Assembly: GCA_964486505.1 (NCBI GenBank) | Contig: CAZAMC010000002.1 | Location: 65,656-129,655 of the forward strand | Source of the DNA: an uncultured Gammaproteobacteria bacterium | Lineage (GTDB): Bacteria; Patescibacteriota; Patescibacteriia; PEXW01 | DNA: 64,000 nt | Direction: 5' to 3' | In this document: piece after piece, positions 22,352 to 32,740 of the stretch | How the letters are laid out: each line of letters begins with the position of its first letter | How positions within the stretch are numbered: position 1 is the stretch's first letter | The notes under the pieces: model-generated | The model's database searches: none | Seen by the model: only the letters and a program-made list of their open reading frames with translations | What the model was told of the DNA's origin: nothing | Position numbers and translations under genes: made by a program

Positions 22352-22415
22352 TCCTCTTGCGCAGCTGAACGTATTCCTTTACATTGAAACACCGTAAAAA
22401 CGCGATGCTGGCTTT

Positions 22416-22490
22416 TCCGGGGTAGCTCAGTGGTAGAGCAGGCGGCTGTTAACCGCTTGGTCGCAGGTTCGAATCCTGTCCCCGGAGCCA
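22416..22490 (+). tRNA. tRNA-Asn(GTT), canonical copy
   Basis: TCCGGGG-TAGCTCAGTGGTAGAGC...CTGTTAA...TTCGAAT...GCCA. Confidence 0.96.
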
Positions 22491-22670
22491 ACACCGCGTT
22501 TTTACATACCGGGTAGCGAATCACCGCGGATGGCGGGACCCCGCTTCGCGGTGGGTGGGCCCGAAGGGCGGGTGCGACCCATCGGAAGCACCCGGGAAAG
22601 AGCAGGCGGCCACTCCGGAGAAATATCGAAAATCATCGTATGCCAGGGAAACGTGCTGTACACTACACGC

Positions 22671-22979
22671 ATGGCTAGCACAACACTTTCACAGGGGACA
22701 GCCCATACAATCCCAGCCGATGTCCGGAAGGCGCTGCTGCCTGATGCACGGGCCCGTGCAGCCTGGGAGGATCTCACACCGCTCGCGCGTAACGAGTGGA
22801 TTTGTTGGGTAACGTTTGTAAAAAAGGCCGAAACCAGAACCGAGCATGTGCGGCGAATGGTGCGTGAACTCAAGCAAGGGAAGCGTCGCCCGTGCTGCTG
22901 GTTAGGTTGCACGCACCGTACAGATAAGGTAGTAAGCCCCTCAGTTCAGGCGATACTTGCCCGGCGAACAAAAAAATAG
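22671..22979 (+). CDS. YdeI/OmpD-associated family protein
   Basis: PADVRKAL...WEDLTPLARNEWICWV...GKRRPCCW. Confidence 0.85.
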   Translation: MASTTLSQGTAHTIPADVRKALLPDARARAAWEDLTPLARNEWICWVTFVKKAETRTEHVRRMVRELKQGKRRPCCWLGCTHRTDKVVSPSVQAILARRTKK

Positions 22980-23079
22980 GGGCAAGTACAGTAACCGGAT
23001 GATCAGCAGGCTCGCGAAGGAGGCAGAACGGTAGAGAGAGTGCTCACTCGCGCGGCCCCTGTGCAAAGGTCGGGAGCCC

Positions 23080-24237
23080 CTAGCGAGTCTCGGTCTCTAT
23101 TCGCTGCCGAATTTCCTGGAGGGGCGTGGAGAGCAACGGGAGAACAATGAGAATCGAGGCCACCGCTATGCCGAGCGCCACCGTGTAGAGTACATTGCCG
23201 GTAAGCTGTGTTGAGAGCACGAGTGCCAGGAGGGTCGCGCCTGCTTGCACGGCCCAGACAAGCGCCGAGAAGTTTTCGGTATTGTCTTTGGTCGTTACAT
23301 CACCCACCAGAGCGAAGGTAATGGTGCGGGAGATGCCAAAGTTTAATGCCAGGATGGTAACACCTGCAACCAGCAGGATTGGGGAATGGGCAAACATGGT
23401 CACGAGCAGCCCCGCAACACTTAAGGCGAGCATGAGCCATGTCCAGCCCCGGCGCCCAGTTTGGTCTGAGCGCTTCCCCACCAGGTACGAGAACAGAATT
23501 GGTGAAATGTAGAAGAGGGCAATAAGCGGCCCCACCGCTGTCACGCCAATGATGTCAACAATCTTCAGGGGGATGATGCCCACTACTAAACCCTGGATGA
23601 AGTTGAAGGCGAGCCACAGCATGCTGTAGCGAACGGCCGTTTGGCTGCGGAGCATCCTTTTCATGCTGCCACGGGTGGCGGCCTCACCCCGAACGTCGTG
23701 CAGCTTCCAGAAGCATGCGCCGCCGAGAGCGATGACGACTGCGTAGAGGGTGAAGGCGCTTTCCGATCCCAGGCGCGGAATGAGCAACCCCATGAGCAGA
23801 ACGCCCAAGCCGGCGCCAATGGCAAAGTTCGTTCCGAAGAATCCTGCATTCTTGCCGTATTGCCCTTCACCACTGACACGGACGAGGTAACTGTTCTGGG
23901 CGGTCCAGAGTACGCCCGCGGCGGCGCCGAGTACGATGGAGAGACCGTAGATGAACGCCGGTTGTTTGCTCAGTAAACCGACACAGTAGAGAGCATACGC
24001 TCCAAAGGTGAGGAGCATGCTGCGCCGGCTCCCCATGCGGTTAATGATGAGGGGGCTGAGTGGGTTGACCAGCATGAACGCCGCGTAGATGAGGACGAGC
24101 GAGGTAAACCCCACATGGGTTGCCTGGGCATCTTGGAAAAAAATGGTGACGTACTGCTGCACGCCGTCAAAGCCAAAGAACATGAGCAAGAAGCCGAAGC
24201 TGAGCCAGCGCACGTCTTTGGAGAGTGCTTGTTCCAT
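23080..24237 (-). CDS. MFS transporter (UNC-93-like)
   Basis: About 12 TM; GAAAGVLWTAQNSY; GKRSDQTGRR MFS motif. Confidence 0.85.
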   Translation of the reverse strand: MEQALSKDVRWLSFGFLLMFFGFDGVQQYVTIFFQDAQATHVGFTSLVLIYAAFMLVNPLSPLIINRMGSRRSMLLTFGAYALYCVGLLSKQPAFIYGLSIVLGAAAGVLWTAQNSYLVRVSGEGQYGKNAGFFGTNFAIGAGLGVLLMGLLIPRLGSESAFTLYAVVIALGGACFWKLHDVRGEAATRGSMKRMLRSQTAVRYSMLWLAFNFIQGLVVGIIPLKIVDIIGVTAVGPLIALFYISPILFSYLVGKRSDQTGRRGWTWLMLALSVAGLLVTMFAHSPILLVAGVTILALNFGISRTITFALVGDVTTKDNTENFSALVWAVQAGATLLALVLSTQLTGNVLYTVALGIAVASILIVLPLLSTPLQEIRQRIETETR

Positions 24238-24322
24238 AACGTACTTGTAGTATACATGGTCGGGCAATAGTCTCTGGAGCATAAACTGCTATACTGCGGG
24301 CATAGTTTTAATACTCAACCCT

Positions 24323-26146
24323 ATGCGCCTACGCCTTTCCTTGGTAGTGGTCGGTCTCGCCCTTGCCGGGTTTGCGTTGCCCAACCCCGCCAGCGCCGCC
24401 GTAGAAACCCTGGGCACCTACGATACCCCGGGCCAAGCCTACGGGGTGGCCATATCTGGTACCTATGCCTACGTTGTGGACATTGGCGTGGGCCTGCATG
24501 TTGTGGATATTTCCAATCCCGCCGCCCCAACACTGGCGGCAACCTACGCCAATACCAGCGCGAATCGGCTGGCGCTCTACGGAAACCGCGTGTACGTCAC
24601 AGGTACGAATACCCTGGAAATCATTGACATCACCACGCCGACGAACCCCGTGTTATTAGGGTCTTACACCAATTCGAATTTCTACATGGGGCAAATTGCT
24701 ACCGATGGAAGCACCGCGTACATCCTCGGCTACGTCATGGGGACAGTTAACCCAACGCAATTCCAGCTGGCAGCTGTTGACGTTCGGACACCGGCAAGCC
24801 CAACACTTCTCAATATGGTAAATACCAACGGCGGCGCCGATGTCACTGTGGCGAATGGGTTTATTTACACTGTTCACGACCACACGTTCACCATTTGGAA
24901 TAGCTCGTTGGTTACGGTAGGCAGTTTCACCGACCCGAGCACGAGCACGGTGTCGCCGTACTACCTGGGCGTTGCCGTTTCTGGCACCACTGCTGTTGTG
25001 AATGACACGACCTTTGGCTTTCACGTCTTCGACATTACCAACCCCGCTGCGCCCACCCGGTCATCGAATGTCAGTCTCGGCTTCGGCCAGACGGTGGTTC
25101 TGTCTGGAACCACGGCCTATGCTGGGGGCTTGGGCGGAATTTCCGTGATTAACGTGGCTACGCCCTCTGCGCCCACGCTGCTCGGGAAATCTGGCGGGAC
25201 GTTGAATGTTATAGATGTTACTGTCTCGGGTTCCATTGCCGCGGTAGCCGCTTTGGAGACTGGTGTGCGATTCTACAATGTCGCCCAGCCGGATAGCACC
25301 GGCCCCGTATTTAGTTTTGACAGCGGTACGGGAACTTCACACACCCTGAAGCCAGGCGCGGCATTCTCCGACAAAGCATCGGTTACAGACAACCTGGATG
25401 GCGCGATGACTACGTACACCAAAACTGGAACAGTGAATCGCAACCGGGTAGGGAAGTACACCCTCACCTACAAAGCCACCGATTCACTGGGGAATATCAC
25501 CACCACTGTCCGAACAATCTTCGTGCTGCCGACCGCCGAGCAGCTCAAGCTCACGAAGGGCGCATACACGCTTACCGTTGGGAAGAAGCGCGTCACGCTC
25601 CGTCCCTTCCCGGGGTACAGCGGCAACATCACGGCGCGCAAACTGGTTGTCCGCACAAAAGCTGATCCCTACTACATGTTCATCTCGACGAGCGCGACAA
25701 AGGCTCCCGCCATCGTGCTGTACGACGCCACTGGCAAACTGGTAAAGCGCCAGAGCTTGGCGACCGTTTCTACCGGCGGTCTTAACCTGCAATTGGCGGT
25801 GAATCCCGCAACATCCACGGTCCTTATCAGCGTGTCACCGAAGAAGAGTAGCCTCACCGCAACGCTCTACAGCATTGGGAAGAACGGGTTGGGGAGCCTT
25901 GGAAAAGTAAAGGCAACAACTGGAACGGGGACGCTCATCCAGAAATTCCTCCAGGTGTACGCCAACGAGTATGCCCTAGTAACCAAAGTGAGCGGTAATG
26001 AAGCCACCGAGCCAAAAATTTGGCGGTACTCACCATCGAAGAAAGTCTTTGCACAGGAAAAGAGCCTTCCAGTGTCCCTAGTGCTGACGTGGACCAAGAC
26101 CGATGTGAAGTTGCGAAGCGTTGTGGGTGGGCCACTGGGAACCTAA
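24323..26146 (+). CDS. Secreted LVIVD-repeat protein with Ig-like (DUF5011-like) domain
   Basis: Repeated GLHVVDISNPAAP units; VTDNLDG...GKYTLTYKATDSLGN. Confidence 0.85.
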   Translation: MRLRLSLVVVGLALAGFALPNPASAAVETLGTYDTPGQAYGVAISGTYAYVVDIGVGLHVVDISNPAAPTLAATYANTSANRLALYGNRVYVTGTNTLEIIDITTPTNPVLLGSYTNSNFYMGQIATDGSTAYILGYVMGTVNPTQFQLAAVDVRTPASPTLLNMVNTNGGADVTVANGFIYTVHDHTFTIWNSSLVTVGSFTDPSTSTVSPYYLGVAVSGTTAVVNDTTFGFHVFDITNPAAPTRSSNVSLGFGQTVVLSGTTAYAGGLGGISVINVATPSAPTLLGKSGGTLNVIDVTVSGSIAAVAALETGVRFYNVAQPDSTGPVFSFDSGTGTSHTLKPGAAFSDKASVTDNLDGAMTTYTKTGTVNRNRVGKYTLTYKATDSLGNITTTVRTIFVLPTAEQLKLTKGAYTLTVGKKRVTLRPFPGYSGNITARKLVVRTKADPYYMFISTSATKAPAIVLYDATGKLVKRQSLATVSTGGLNLQLAVNPATSTVLISVSPKKSSLTATLYSIGKNGLGSLGKVKATTGTGTLIQKFLQVYANEYALVTKVSGNEATEPKIWRYSPSKKVFAQEKSLPVSLVLTWTKTDVKLRSVVGGPLGT

Positions 26147-26294
26147 AGTATTTGACGGCGTTGGCAGAGCAGAGTAGGCTGGCTGCATGCAGCACTGCCT
26201 CGCCAATAATAATTGCCGAAACACCTAATCGCCCTTGGCGTGCGCTGTGTGCTGCAAGAAAGTCGCTCCCGCCAAGCCGGCGGGTGTTTTGTAT

Positions 26295-26370
26295 TCCGGG
26301 GTAGTTGAGTTGGCACAACGCCGCGCTGTTAACGCGGATACCGCAGGTTCGAGTCCTGCCCCCGGAGCCA
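26295..26370 (+). tRNA. tRNA-Asn(GTT), divergent second copy
   Basis: Full cloverleaf; D-stem GTTG/CAAC; anticodon stem CCGCG/CGCGG; TTCGAGT; GCCA. Confidence 0.85.
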
Positions 26371-26535
26371 AATCTTTTCCCGCTCCACATGTCTGGCCCC
26401 CATGATTTTTGCCTGCACTTTGTGTTGGGCTCCATATCGTGGTGTGGGTTTCTTCGTGCACGCTACGTCTTGACACGACCCATTTTTTTCGTTAGCGTTG
26501 GCGGAAGCGTAGAAAATAAAAGTAAAGGAACCAAT

Positions 26536-26703
26536 ATGTCTAAGGCATTGCTGTTTGGTATGCTCGCCGGATTTAGTGTGTACCTCATCTCGACTTTTGC
26601 AGGATTGAAAACGCACATTGGGGGTGATCTCATGGCGGCCGCATACGCCGCGGCTGCTATTGCGACGAGTGAGGAGCGGAAGCGGCACCACCCTTTTCGG
26701 TGA
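26536..26703 (+). CDS. Small hydrophobic hypothetical protein
   Basis: AAGGAA SD-like sequence; MSKALLFGMLAGF. Confidence 0.4.
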   Translation: MSKALLFGMLAGFSVYLISTFAGLKTHIGGDLMAAAYAAAAIATSEERKRHHPFR

Positions 26704-26805
26704 GATGTTCTGTTAGTAGGCCCTGTGGAAATGCGGGGCCTTTTCGTTGTAGACGCCTGCCGGCCTGCTCGCTACAATAGAGCCATACCATTAACTCCTA
26801 CGCGT

Positions 26806-27450
26806 ATGCGAAAATTTTTCGGTCTTGTGGTCATTCTCGTTGGCATTGGCTTCCTGCTCCAGCAATTTGAGGTGTCGTGGGCAGATAATCTCATTGCCAC
26901 GTGGTGGCCGCTGCTCATCATTGCCATTGGTCTCATGTCGTGGCGCTCTAACCCGCGCATCTGGTTTGGGCCGGCGATCATTATCTTGGTGGGCCTGGCA
27001 TTGCTCTTGGACACCTTGGACTTCATGACCACGTCAGCCTGGAACTACTTCTGGCCAATTATCATTATCCTCGTGGGCGGCCGGATGCTCATGCGTAAAC
27101 CCTGGCCGGGCGACCAGCAGGAAACCTCTAGCACGCCCAGCGCGAACGTCATGTTCAGTGGCCTGGACCGCAAGCTCACGGGGACGTTTACGAAAGGGGA
27201 TGTGTCGGCTTGGTTTGGGGGTGTGAAACTCGACTTCTCCAGCGCGCAGGTCCAGCCGAATGCTGTGCTCAACGTGTTTGCGGCCTTCGGCGGCATTGAA
27301 CTGGTCGTGCCCCGAAACGTAAAGGTCGTCACGAAAGTCACGCCCTTATTCGGCGGCGCCGAAGACAAGTCCCATCCTGACACTGGCGCAACGACCACGC
27401 TGGTGGTAAGTGGGACAGCGCTGTTTGGCGGCGTGAGCGTGAAGAACTAA
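26806..27450 (+). CDS. LiaF-like cell-envelope stress membrane protein
   Basis: Two WP-containing TM hairpins plus a C-terminal FGG-repeat (DUF2154-like) domain. Confidence 0.85.
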   Translation: MRKFFGLVVILVGIGFLLQQFEVSWADNLIATWWPLLIIAIGLMSWRSNPRIWFGPAIIILVGLALLLDTLDFMTTSAWNYFWPIIIILVGGRMLMRKPWPGDQQETSSTPSANVMFSGLDRKLTGTFTKGDVSAWFGGVKLDFSSAQVQPNAVLNVFAAFGGIELVVPRNVKVVTKVTPLFGGAEDKSHPDTGATTTLVVSGTALFGGVSVKN

Positions 27451-27512
27451 ATCTCTCACCAATGAGGAATAGCCTGTCATAGTATGACAGGCTATTTTCA
27501 TGTGCAGTTGTT

Positions 27513-28301
27513 TTACGATGTCGGATCGCCCGTGTACTGTTCAAGCAGGAGGTCTGAGAAATTCTTCTTCTCTTCGTCGTCACCTTTGAGGTGGACGTTG
27601 ACGTTGCGATCAGTTATCGAGACGACCAACGGGACGCCGATGAGCGCAGCGCCCAAGGCGCTGTTCAAAGACGTGACCGGGACGCCAGTATTCGTGGCCG
27701 CCTGATTCAGCGCTTTGGCTCGCGATTCAGCCGCGAGGTGGACATTAATGATGGTTGCCGTCTCTTGGGTTGGCGAGCAGTTGGTGAGACGGAACTCAAT
27801 GAATTCCACGCCCCACTGTTCGCCGCGATCCTTGATGTTTGAGAGCAGCTTCTTACCAATTGAAGCTGTGTCGAGCATCTCGGTGTGTTCTTTGCATTCC
27901 GAGATGACATCGCGGAGCACGCCCATGCCCATCCCTTCAATTGTCGGGTCCAGCTCATCCGTCTCGAAGAGCGCTTTGTAGATGTCCGTTACCCGGAAAA
28001 GCAAAATGGCGCTGACGATGAAGACCAGGCCGTTTTCCAAGACGATGCGCTGGTGTTCGAAGTTCACAACCTGTTGCCGCACGTGACGACGCTGCAGCTT
28101 ATCCACGAAGGGAATGAGCAGGACGAATCCCGGCTCGTAGATTTTCGGTGTCCCATCGCGGTGACGTACCGCTCGTCCAAAACGTAAGCGAATACCTCGC
28201 TCACCCTCCTGAACGAACTTGATGGACTTGATACCCCCTATGACGAGCGGGACTATTGCCGCCAAAAGAGGGACCATGAGTTCCGAAAAGAGTTTATCCA
28301 T
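27513..28301 (-). CDS. SPFH/band 7 domain protein
   Basis: VQEGERGIRLRFGR...PGFVLLIPFVD; WGVEF. Confidence 0.85.
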   Translation of the reverse strand: MDKLFSELMVPLLAAIVPLVIGGIKSIKFVQEGERGIRLRFGRAVRHRDGTPKIYEPGFVLLIPFVDKLQRRHVRQQVVNFEHQRIVLENGLVFIVSAILLFRVTDIYKALFETDELDPTIEGMGMGVLRDVISECKEHTEMLDTASIGKKLLSNIKDRGEQWGVEFIEFRLTNCSPTQETATIINVHLAAESRAKALNQAATNTGVPVTSLNSALGAALIGVPLVVSITDRNVNVHLKGDDEEKKNFSDLLLEQYTGDPTS

Positions 28302-28454
28302 TGCCTACCTCTGCGGTTGAAGGTGCTTTGTTATTCCTGTCTGTCTTACCGTTTTCACTCTCGTCCGTCAAGCGCTAGGGGCACTGAAGTCCGCTTCACT
28401 TGAAGGCTTCTGGGAGGGGAGTAGGATGCCGGTGTTACCCTTTCCAACTCTCGT

Positions 28455-29171
28455 ATGTCCCACACCATCGATCTCCATACCATTCAGGGTGATGTGCTGC
28501 GCGTCCTGCTCTTCCAGCCCATGGCCAGGTACACGGACCTCAACCCCAAGCACGTACCAACCGACCAATTCACCTTCCATCTGAAACGGCTGGTGGAACT
28601 GGGCTTCGTCACCAAGCAGGCCAACGGGTTGTACAGCCTCACCCCCGCTGGCAAAGAGTTTGCGAATCGTTTCGATACCGAAGCTCCCAAGTTGGAAATT
28701 GAGCGGCAGGCGAAGCTCGGCGTGTCCGTGGCGTGCATTCGGCGATCAGCCACGGGTGAACTAGAGTTCCTGGTTCAGCAGCGTCTGAAGCAGCCGTTCT
28801 TTGGGTGGTACGGCTTTGTGACCGGCAAGGTGAAGTGGGGAGAGTTCGTGCTCGCGGCTGCCGCGCGAGAGCTGGAAGAAGAAACTGGTTTGCACGCAGA
28901 CTTAACACTCGAACACATCCGACACAAGTGTGACTACGCAGCAGACGGTGCGCTGTTGGAGGATAAGGTTTTCTTTAGCATCCGGGCCGAGAATCCAGCC
29001 GGGACGCTGCGAGAAACGTTTGAAGGGGGGAAGAACCTCTGGCTGCCAAAAGTGGACATCCTGAAATTGCCAAAGTTGTTCCACGGCATGGTTGATACAC
29101 TCGAGCGTTTAGAAGGCAGTGCCCCGCCACTGAAGTTTGAAGAGGCCAAGTATACCGTGGACGAATACTAG
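28455..29171 (+). CDS. wHTH-NUDIX fusion protein
   Basis: N-terminal FTFHLKRLVELG HTH; GKVKWGE...AARELEEETG Nudix box. Confidence 0.85.
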   Translation: MSHTIDLHTIQGDVLRVLLFQPMARYTDLNPKHVPTDQFTFHLKRLVELGFVTKQANGLYSLTPAGKEFANRFDTEAPKLEIERQAKLGVSVACIRRSATGELEFLVQQRLKQPFFGWYGFVTGKVKWGEFVLAAAARELEEETGLHADLTLEHIRHKCDYAADGALLEDKVFFSIRAENPAGTLRETFEGGKNLWLPKVDILKLPKLFHGMVDTLERLEGSAPPLKFEEAKYTVDEY

Positions 29172-29249
29172 AACCTATCACAAAATCCCATTCCGGCGCT
29201 GCGGACCGGCCGTCCCCGGGGCTCGAGCCAATTTTGAGAAGGGTTCTAG
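29168..29249. mobile_element. Putative MITE with CTAG ends
   Basis: CTAGAACCTATCACAAAAT ... ATTTTGAGAAGGGTTCTAG imperfect 19-bp inverted repeat. Confidence 0.55.
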
Positions 29250-29281
29250 GTAGAACCGAAGTGCCGTGCTAGAGTGGCAAC

Positions 29282-30568
29282 GTGACCATACCTGCAAAGC
29301 CATCCGGATTTACTGGCCTGGGGATCGCCCCTCGGCTCCTTGACGCCCTCGACCGGCTCAAGTTCACCACGCCCACACCCGTGCAACGGCAAGCGATTCC
29401 CGTTGGCATTGAAGGCAAAGACCTCATTGCCATTGCTCAGACGGGCACCGGCAAGACGCTGGCATTTGGCATTCCTATGCTACAGCGTTTGGCGCAGGTA
29501 AAGGGGAAGGGATTAGTGCTCCTGCCAACGCGGGAACTGGCCCTGCAGGTGGAAGAAGCATTTCAGGCCATTGGTCGGAGCATGGGTTTGCGGACCGCGG
29601 TGCTCATTGGCGGCGCCTCCATGATCCGGCAGCACCAGTCACTCGCGCGTAACCCGCACATCATCGTCGCAACGCCGGGCCGGTTGCTCGACCATCTGGA
29701 ACAGAAAAAGCTTCGGCTGGATGACGTGCGCATCTTGGTCCTGGACGAAGCCGACCGCATGCTCGACATGGGCTTTGCGCCGCAGATAAATAAGATACTC
29801 GCTGTTGTTCCAAAAGCGCGGCAAACTTTACTGTTTTCTGCCACGATGCCGACGACCATTGTGAGCATTGCGAAACGTCACATGGCGCTGCCCATCCAGG
29901 TAGAAATTGCGCGCTCCGGTACCGCCGCCGAAAAAGTGAGCCAGGAAGTGTTCTTCGTTGGCAAAGAGCAGAAAGCCCAGCTGCTGCAAATGCTGCTGCA
30001 GCAGTACCCCGGTTCGGTGCTGGTATTCACCCGCACCAAGCACACGGCCAAGAAGCTCGCCTTGCACGTACGCGGCATGGGCCACGCCGCGGCGGACATT
30101 CATTCGAATCGGAGTTTGGCGCAACGTCGGGAAGCGCTGGATGGGTTTAAGTCTGGCAAGTACCGGGTCCTCGTCGCCACTGACATTGCCGCCCGTGGCA
30201 TTGATGTGACGGGCATTGAGCTCGTGGTAAATTTTGACCTGCCCCAAGCCGCGGAAGATTACATCCACCGTATTGGCCGAACGGCGCGGGCGGGTCGGGA
30301 AGGCCGCGCAATTTCGTTTGCGACGTTTGACCAGCGGGGCGATGTGCGCGCTATCGAACGGCTGCTCCAGAAAGCGCTACCCGTGCGCCCGCTTCCCAAA
30401 GAGTTGCCAACGCCCCGCGTTGTTTCCCGTCCGGAGCCTGTATATACCTCCGCTCGTCCGGCCCGCCCACATTCGGGAGCATTTTCTGGACGGCCGTCGG
30501 CACCTCACGCGCATGGTGGCCGACCCCCGCGTCGTCGGGGTTTTGGCAGCCGGCGCAATCGTCGGTAA
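29282..30568 (+). CDS. DEAD-box RNA helicase (RhlE-like)
   Basis: AQTGTGKT, PTRELA, DEAD, SAT, HRIGRTAR. Confidence 0.95.
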   Translation: MTIPAKPSGFTGLGIAPRLLDALDRLKFTTPTPVQRQAIPVGIEGKDLIAIAQTGTGKTLAFGIPMLQRLAQVKGKGLVLLPTRELALQVEEAFQAIGRSMGLRTAVLIGGASMIRQHQSLARNPHIIVATPGRLLDHLEQKKLRLDDVRILVLDEADRMLDMGFAPQINKILAVVPKARQTLLFSATMPTTIVSIAKRHMALPIQVEIARSGTAAEKVSQEVFFVGKEQKAQLLQMLLQQYPGSVLVFTRTKHTAKKLALHVRGMGHAAADIHSNRSLAQRREALDGFKSGKYRVLVATDIAARGIDVTGIELVVNFDLPQAAEDYIHRIGRTARAGREGRAISFATFDQRGDVRAIERLLQKALPVRPLPKELPTPRVVSRPEPVYTSARPARPHSGAFSGRPSAPHAHGGRPPRRRGFGSRRNRR

Positions 30569-30658
30569 GATTGCGTTTCGGTTGAACTCACCGGAATGCG
30601 TGTTGTATTTACGAAAGCGCAGAAACGTGCTACACTGTTGAAGTAAAAGAAACATCAC

Positions 30659-32197
30659 GTGAAAAATATTCCACGCGCAATTTGTAGCAGCATTGGGCTC
30701 GCCGCCGTGCTTTTTGGCGTCCTGCCGCTCTCGTACGCGCAGGCGGACATCACGCGCCGAATCACTTTTCCGATAGTCGGTTCGGCGACGTTCTCCAATG
30801 ACTGGGGCGCCGCGCGGGTGGGGCATACGCACGAAGGCAATGATGTCTTCGGCACCAAGGGTCAACCGCTCATCGCGGCGGTGGACGGCACCGTGCAGTG
30901 GGTCATGACGCCTGAGCGCGGCCAAGGCTTGGGCTTTTCGATTACCGACGAAGACGGTTACGCGTACTGGTACTTACACGTGAACAATGATACGCCGGGT
31001 ACAGACGACGGTGCGAGCCGCGGGATATTTGCCTACGCGCCGGACTTATACGGCGGGAACCCCGTGGTCGCCGGGCAGTTGCTGGGCTGGCTGGGGGACT
31101 CTGGTAATGCAGAATCCACTCGTCCGCATTTACACTTTGAAATCCACACGCCCGATGGCGAGCCCACGAATCCGTTCAATAGTCTCACGGCGGCGCGGCG
31201 ATTGAGTCGGCCCGTTGCCGCGCCGTCACTGGCGAATGAAATTTTGCCCTACGGTCAATTCACCGGCGGGGCGAATGTGGCGCTGGGTGATGTGGATCTC
31301 TCGACATCGGGTTTGGAGGTTGTGAGTGGGAGCGGCCCGGGTGGTGGCCCGCAAGTGCGCATCTTCAGCGAAACCGGCGTTCTCCTAAACCAATTCTTTG
31401 CTTTTGAAAAAACGTTTCGCGGCAGCATTGATGTGGCCACCGGCGATACCGACGCTGACGGTATCGCTGAGGTCATCGTTGCCTCCGGCCGCGGCCGCGT
31501 CACCCACGTGCGGGTGTTTACCGTAGCTGGGGAGCAGCGGGCCGACTTTGTTGCCTACAGCCCTACGTACACCGGCGGGGCACACGTTGCCGCCGCCGAC
31601 GTGACCGGCGACGGACGAGCGGATATTGTTACCGGACCGCTGCGCGGCGGTGGGCCGCACGTGCGGGTTTTCAATGGCGCGGACAATACACTCTTCGATC
31701 AGTTCTTCGCGTATGGCAGCGGCTTCCGCGGCGGCATTGATGTTGCGGCTCACGCAGCCACCACCGAGACCCCGCCGCTCATCGTCACCACGGCGCTGCA
31801 GGGCGGGGGACCGAACGTACGGTTGTACAATGCTACGGATCACAGCGTCTTTGGGTGGTTCTTCGGCCGCGACCAAACCAATCGCGCTGGACTTCGGGTG
31901 GCGCTTGCTGACGTGTACCCGTCAACCGCGGCACCCGAGGTTGTGCTCATTCCTGAAACGAAGAGTGCGCCGCGGGCCCTGGTTTTTGATGTGCACGGTG
32001 TTGCCATTGATAGCTTTCGCTTCTTGGAACCGTGGTGGCAGGGTGGCTACGACGTCGCTGCCGGAACGAGCGGCATCATCGGGGCTACTGCCACGCCGGG
32101 TGAAACGCGCCGCCGCACCACAGTTCGGTGGCTCTACGGCCCAATTGCCCCAGTCCTCAACTGGTATGACGATCTGGTAATTGAAGAAACACCTTGA
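30659..32197 (+). CDS. Secreted M23 peptidase with FG-GAP-like repeats
   Basis: HEGND and HLH M23 motifs; repeated GGGPHVRVF / VAxGDxDxDG units. Confidence 0.85.
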   Translation: MKNIPRAICSSIGLAAVLFGVLPLSYAQADITRRITFPIVGSATFSNDWGAARVGHTHEGNDVFGTKGQPLIAAVDGTVQWVMTPERGQGLGFSITDEDGYAYWYLHVNNDTPGTDDGASRGIFAYAPDLYGGNPVVAGQLLGWLGDSGNAESTRPHLHFEIHTPDGEPTNPFNSLTAARRLSRPVAAPSLANEILPYGQFTGGANVALGDVDLSTSGLEVVSGSGPGGGPQVRIFSETGVLLNQFFAFEKTFRGSIDVATGDTDADGIAEVIVASGRGRVTHVRVFTVAGEQRADFVAYSPTYTGGAHVAAADVTGDGRADIVTGPLRGGGPHVRVFNGADNTLFDQFFAYGSGFRGGIDVAAHAATTETPPLIVTTALQGGGPNVRLYNATDHSVFGWFFGRDQTNRAGLRVALADVYPSTAAPEVVLIPETKSAPRALVFDVHGVAIDSFRFLEPWWQGGYDVAAGTSGIIGATATPGETRRRTTVRWLYGPIAPVLNWYDDLVIEETP

Positions 32198-32270
32198 CAT
32201 TTGCAGAAATTGTGCTAGGTTTCTGGCGAAACCAAATGTGATGAAAGCCATTTAACCCAAGGAGGATACA

Positions 32271-32630
32271 GTGGCGAAACAGTTTACAACGGTTAAAGAG
32301 CTCACCGGCGATGACTTAGCGGAGATACTTCGCAAAGCCAAAGCGAAGTTCAGTGAAGGCGTCGATGCTGGGCTTGATGCCTTTGGAAACGTCCTGGAAG
32401 AAGGTTCCAAGTACCGACTTTCAGTGCGGAACAAGGAAGGCGAGACCGTCCTTAAGATGACCGCTACAGTTGGCGGCATACTGGGGCTCACCGTTACTGC
32501 GCTGATAGGCGCGCTGATTACGCTCTGCCTCGGGGCAGCCGCCCTGATTGCGGGGCTCGTCACCGAGCACAAGCTGGTGATCGAAAAAGTCGTGGAAGGC
32601 GCGGCGCCTTCTGAATCGGTAAAGTCCTGA
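32271..32630 (+). CDS. DUF4342-like protein
   Basis: RLSVRNKEGETVL...GAAALIAGLVTEHKLVIEK; AAGGAGG SD. Confidence 0.6.
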   Translation: MAKQFTTVKELTGDDLAEILRKAKAKFSEGVDAGLDAFGNVLEEGSKYRLSVRNKEGETVLKMTATVGGILGLTVTALIGALITLCLGAAALIAGLVTEHKLVIEKVVEGAAPSESVKS

Positions 32631-32687
32631 TCCTTGAGAAGCGGAACGCTCGTGCGTTCCGCTTCTTTTGTTGTGGATAACCTGGGC

Positions 32688-32734
32688 TTGACGCCGAAAA
32701 GGGGAGGGTTTACTATGTGTTTGTAATACACTAA
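32688..32734 (+). promoter_or_regulatory. nrtR promoter with overlapping NrtR operator
   Basis: TTGACG-N17-TACTAT; operator tatgtGT-ttgtaat-ACactaa at 32714-32734. Confidence 0.75.
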
Positions 32735-32740
32735 GTACCT

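Noticed and set aside
22979-23080. SRP-RNA-like sequence (CAGG...GAAGGAGGCAG; GGGGC/GCCCC ends)
   Set aside because: The helix-8 match is imperfect and off-centre, and I could not build the long symmetric stem. It needs an Rfam scan.
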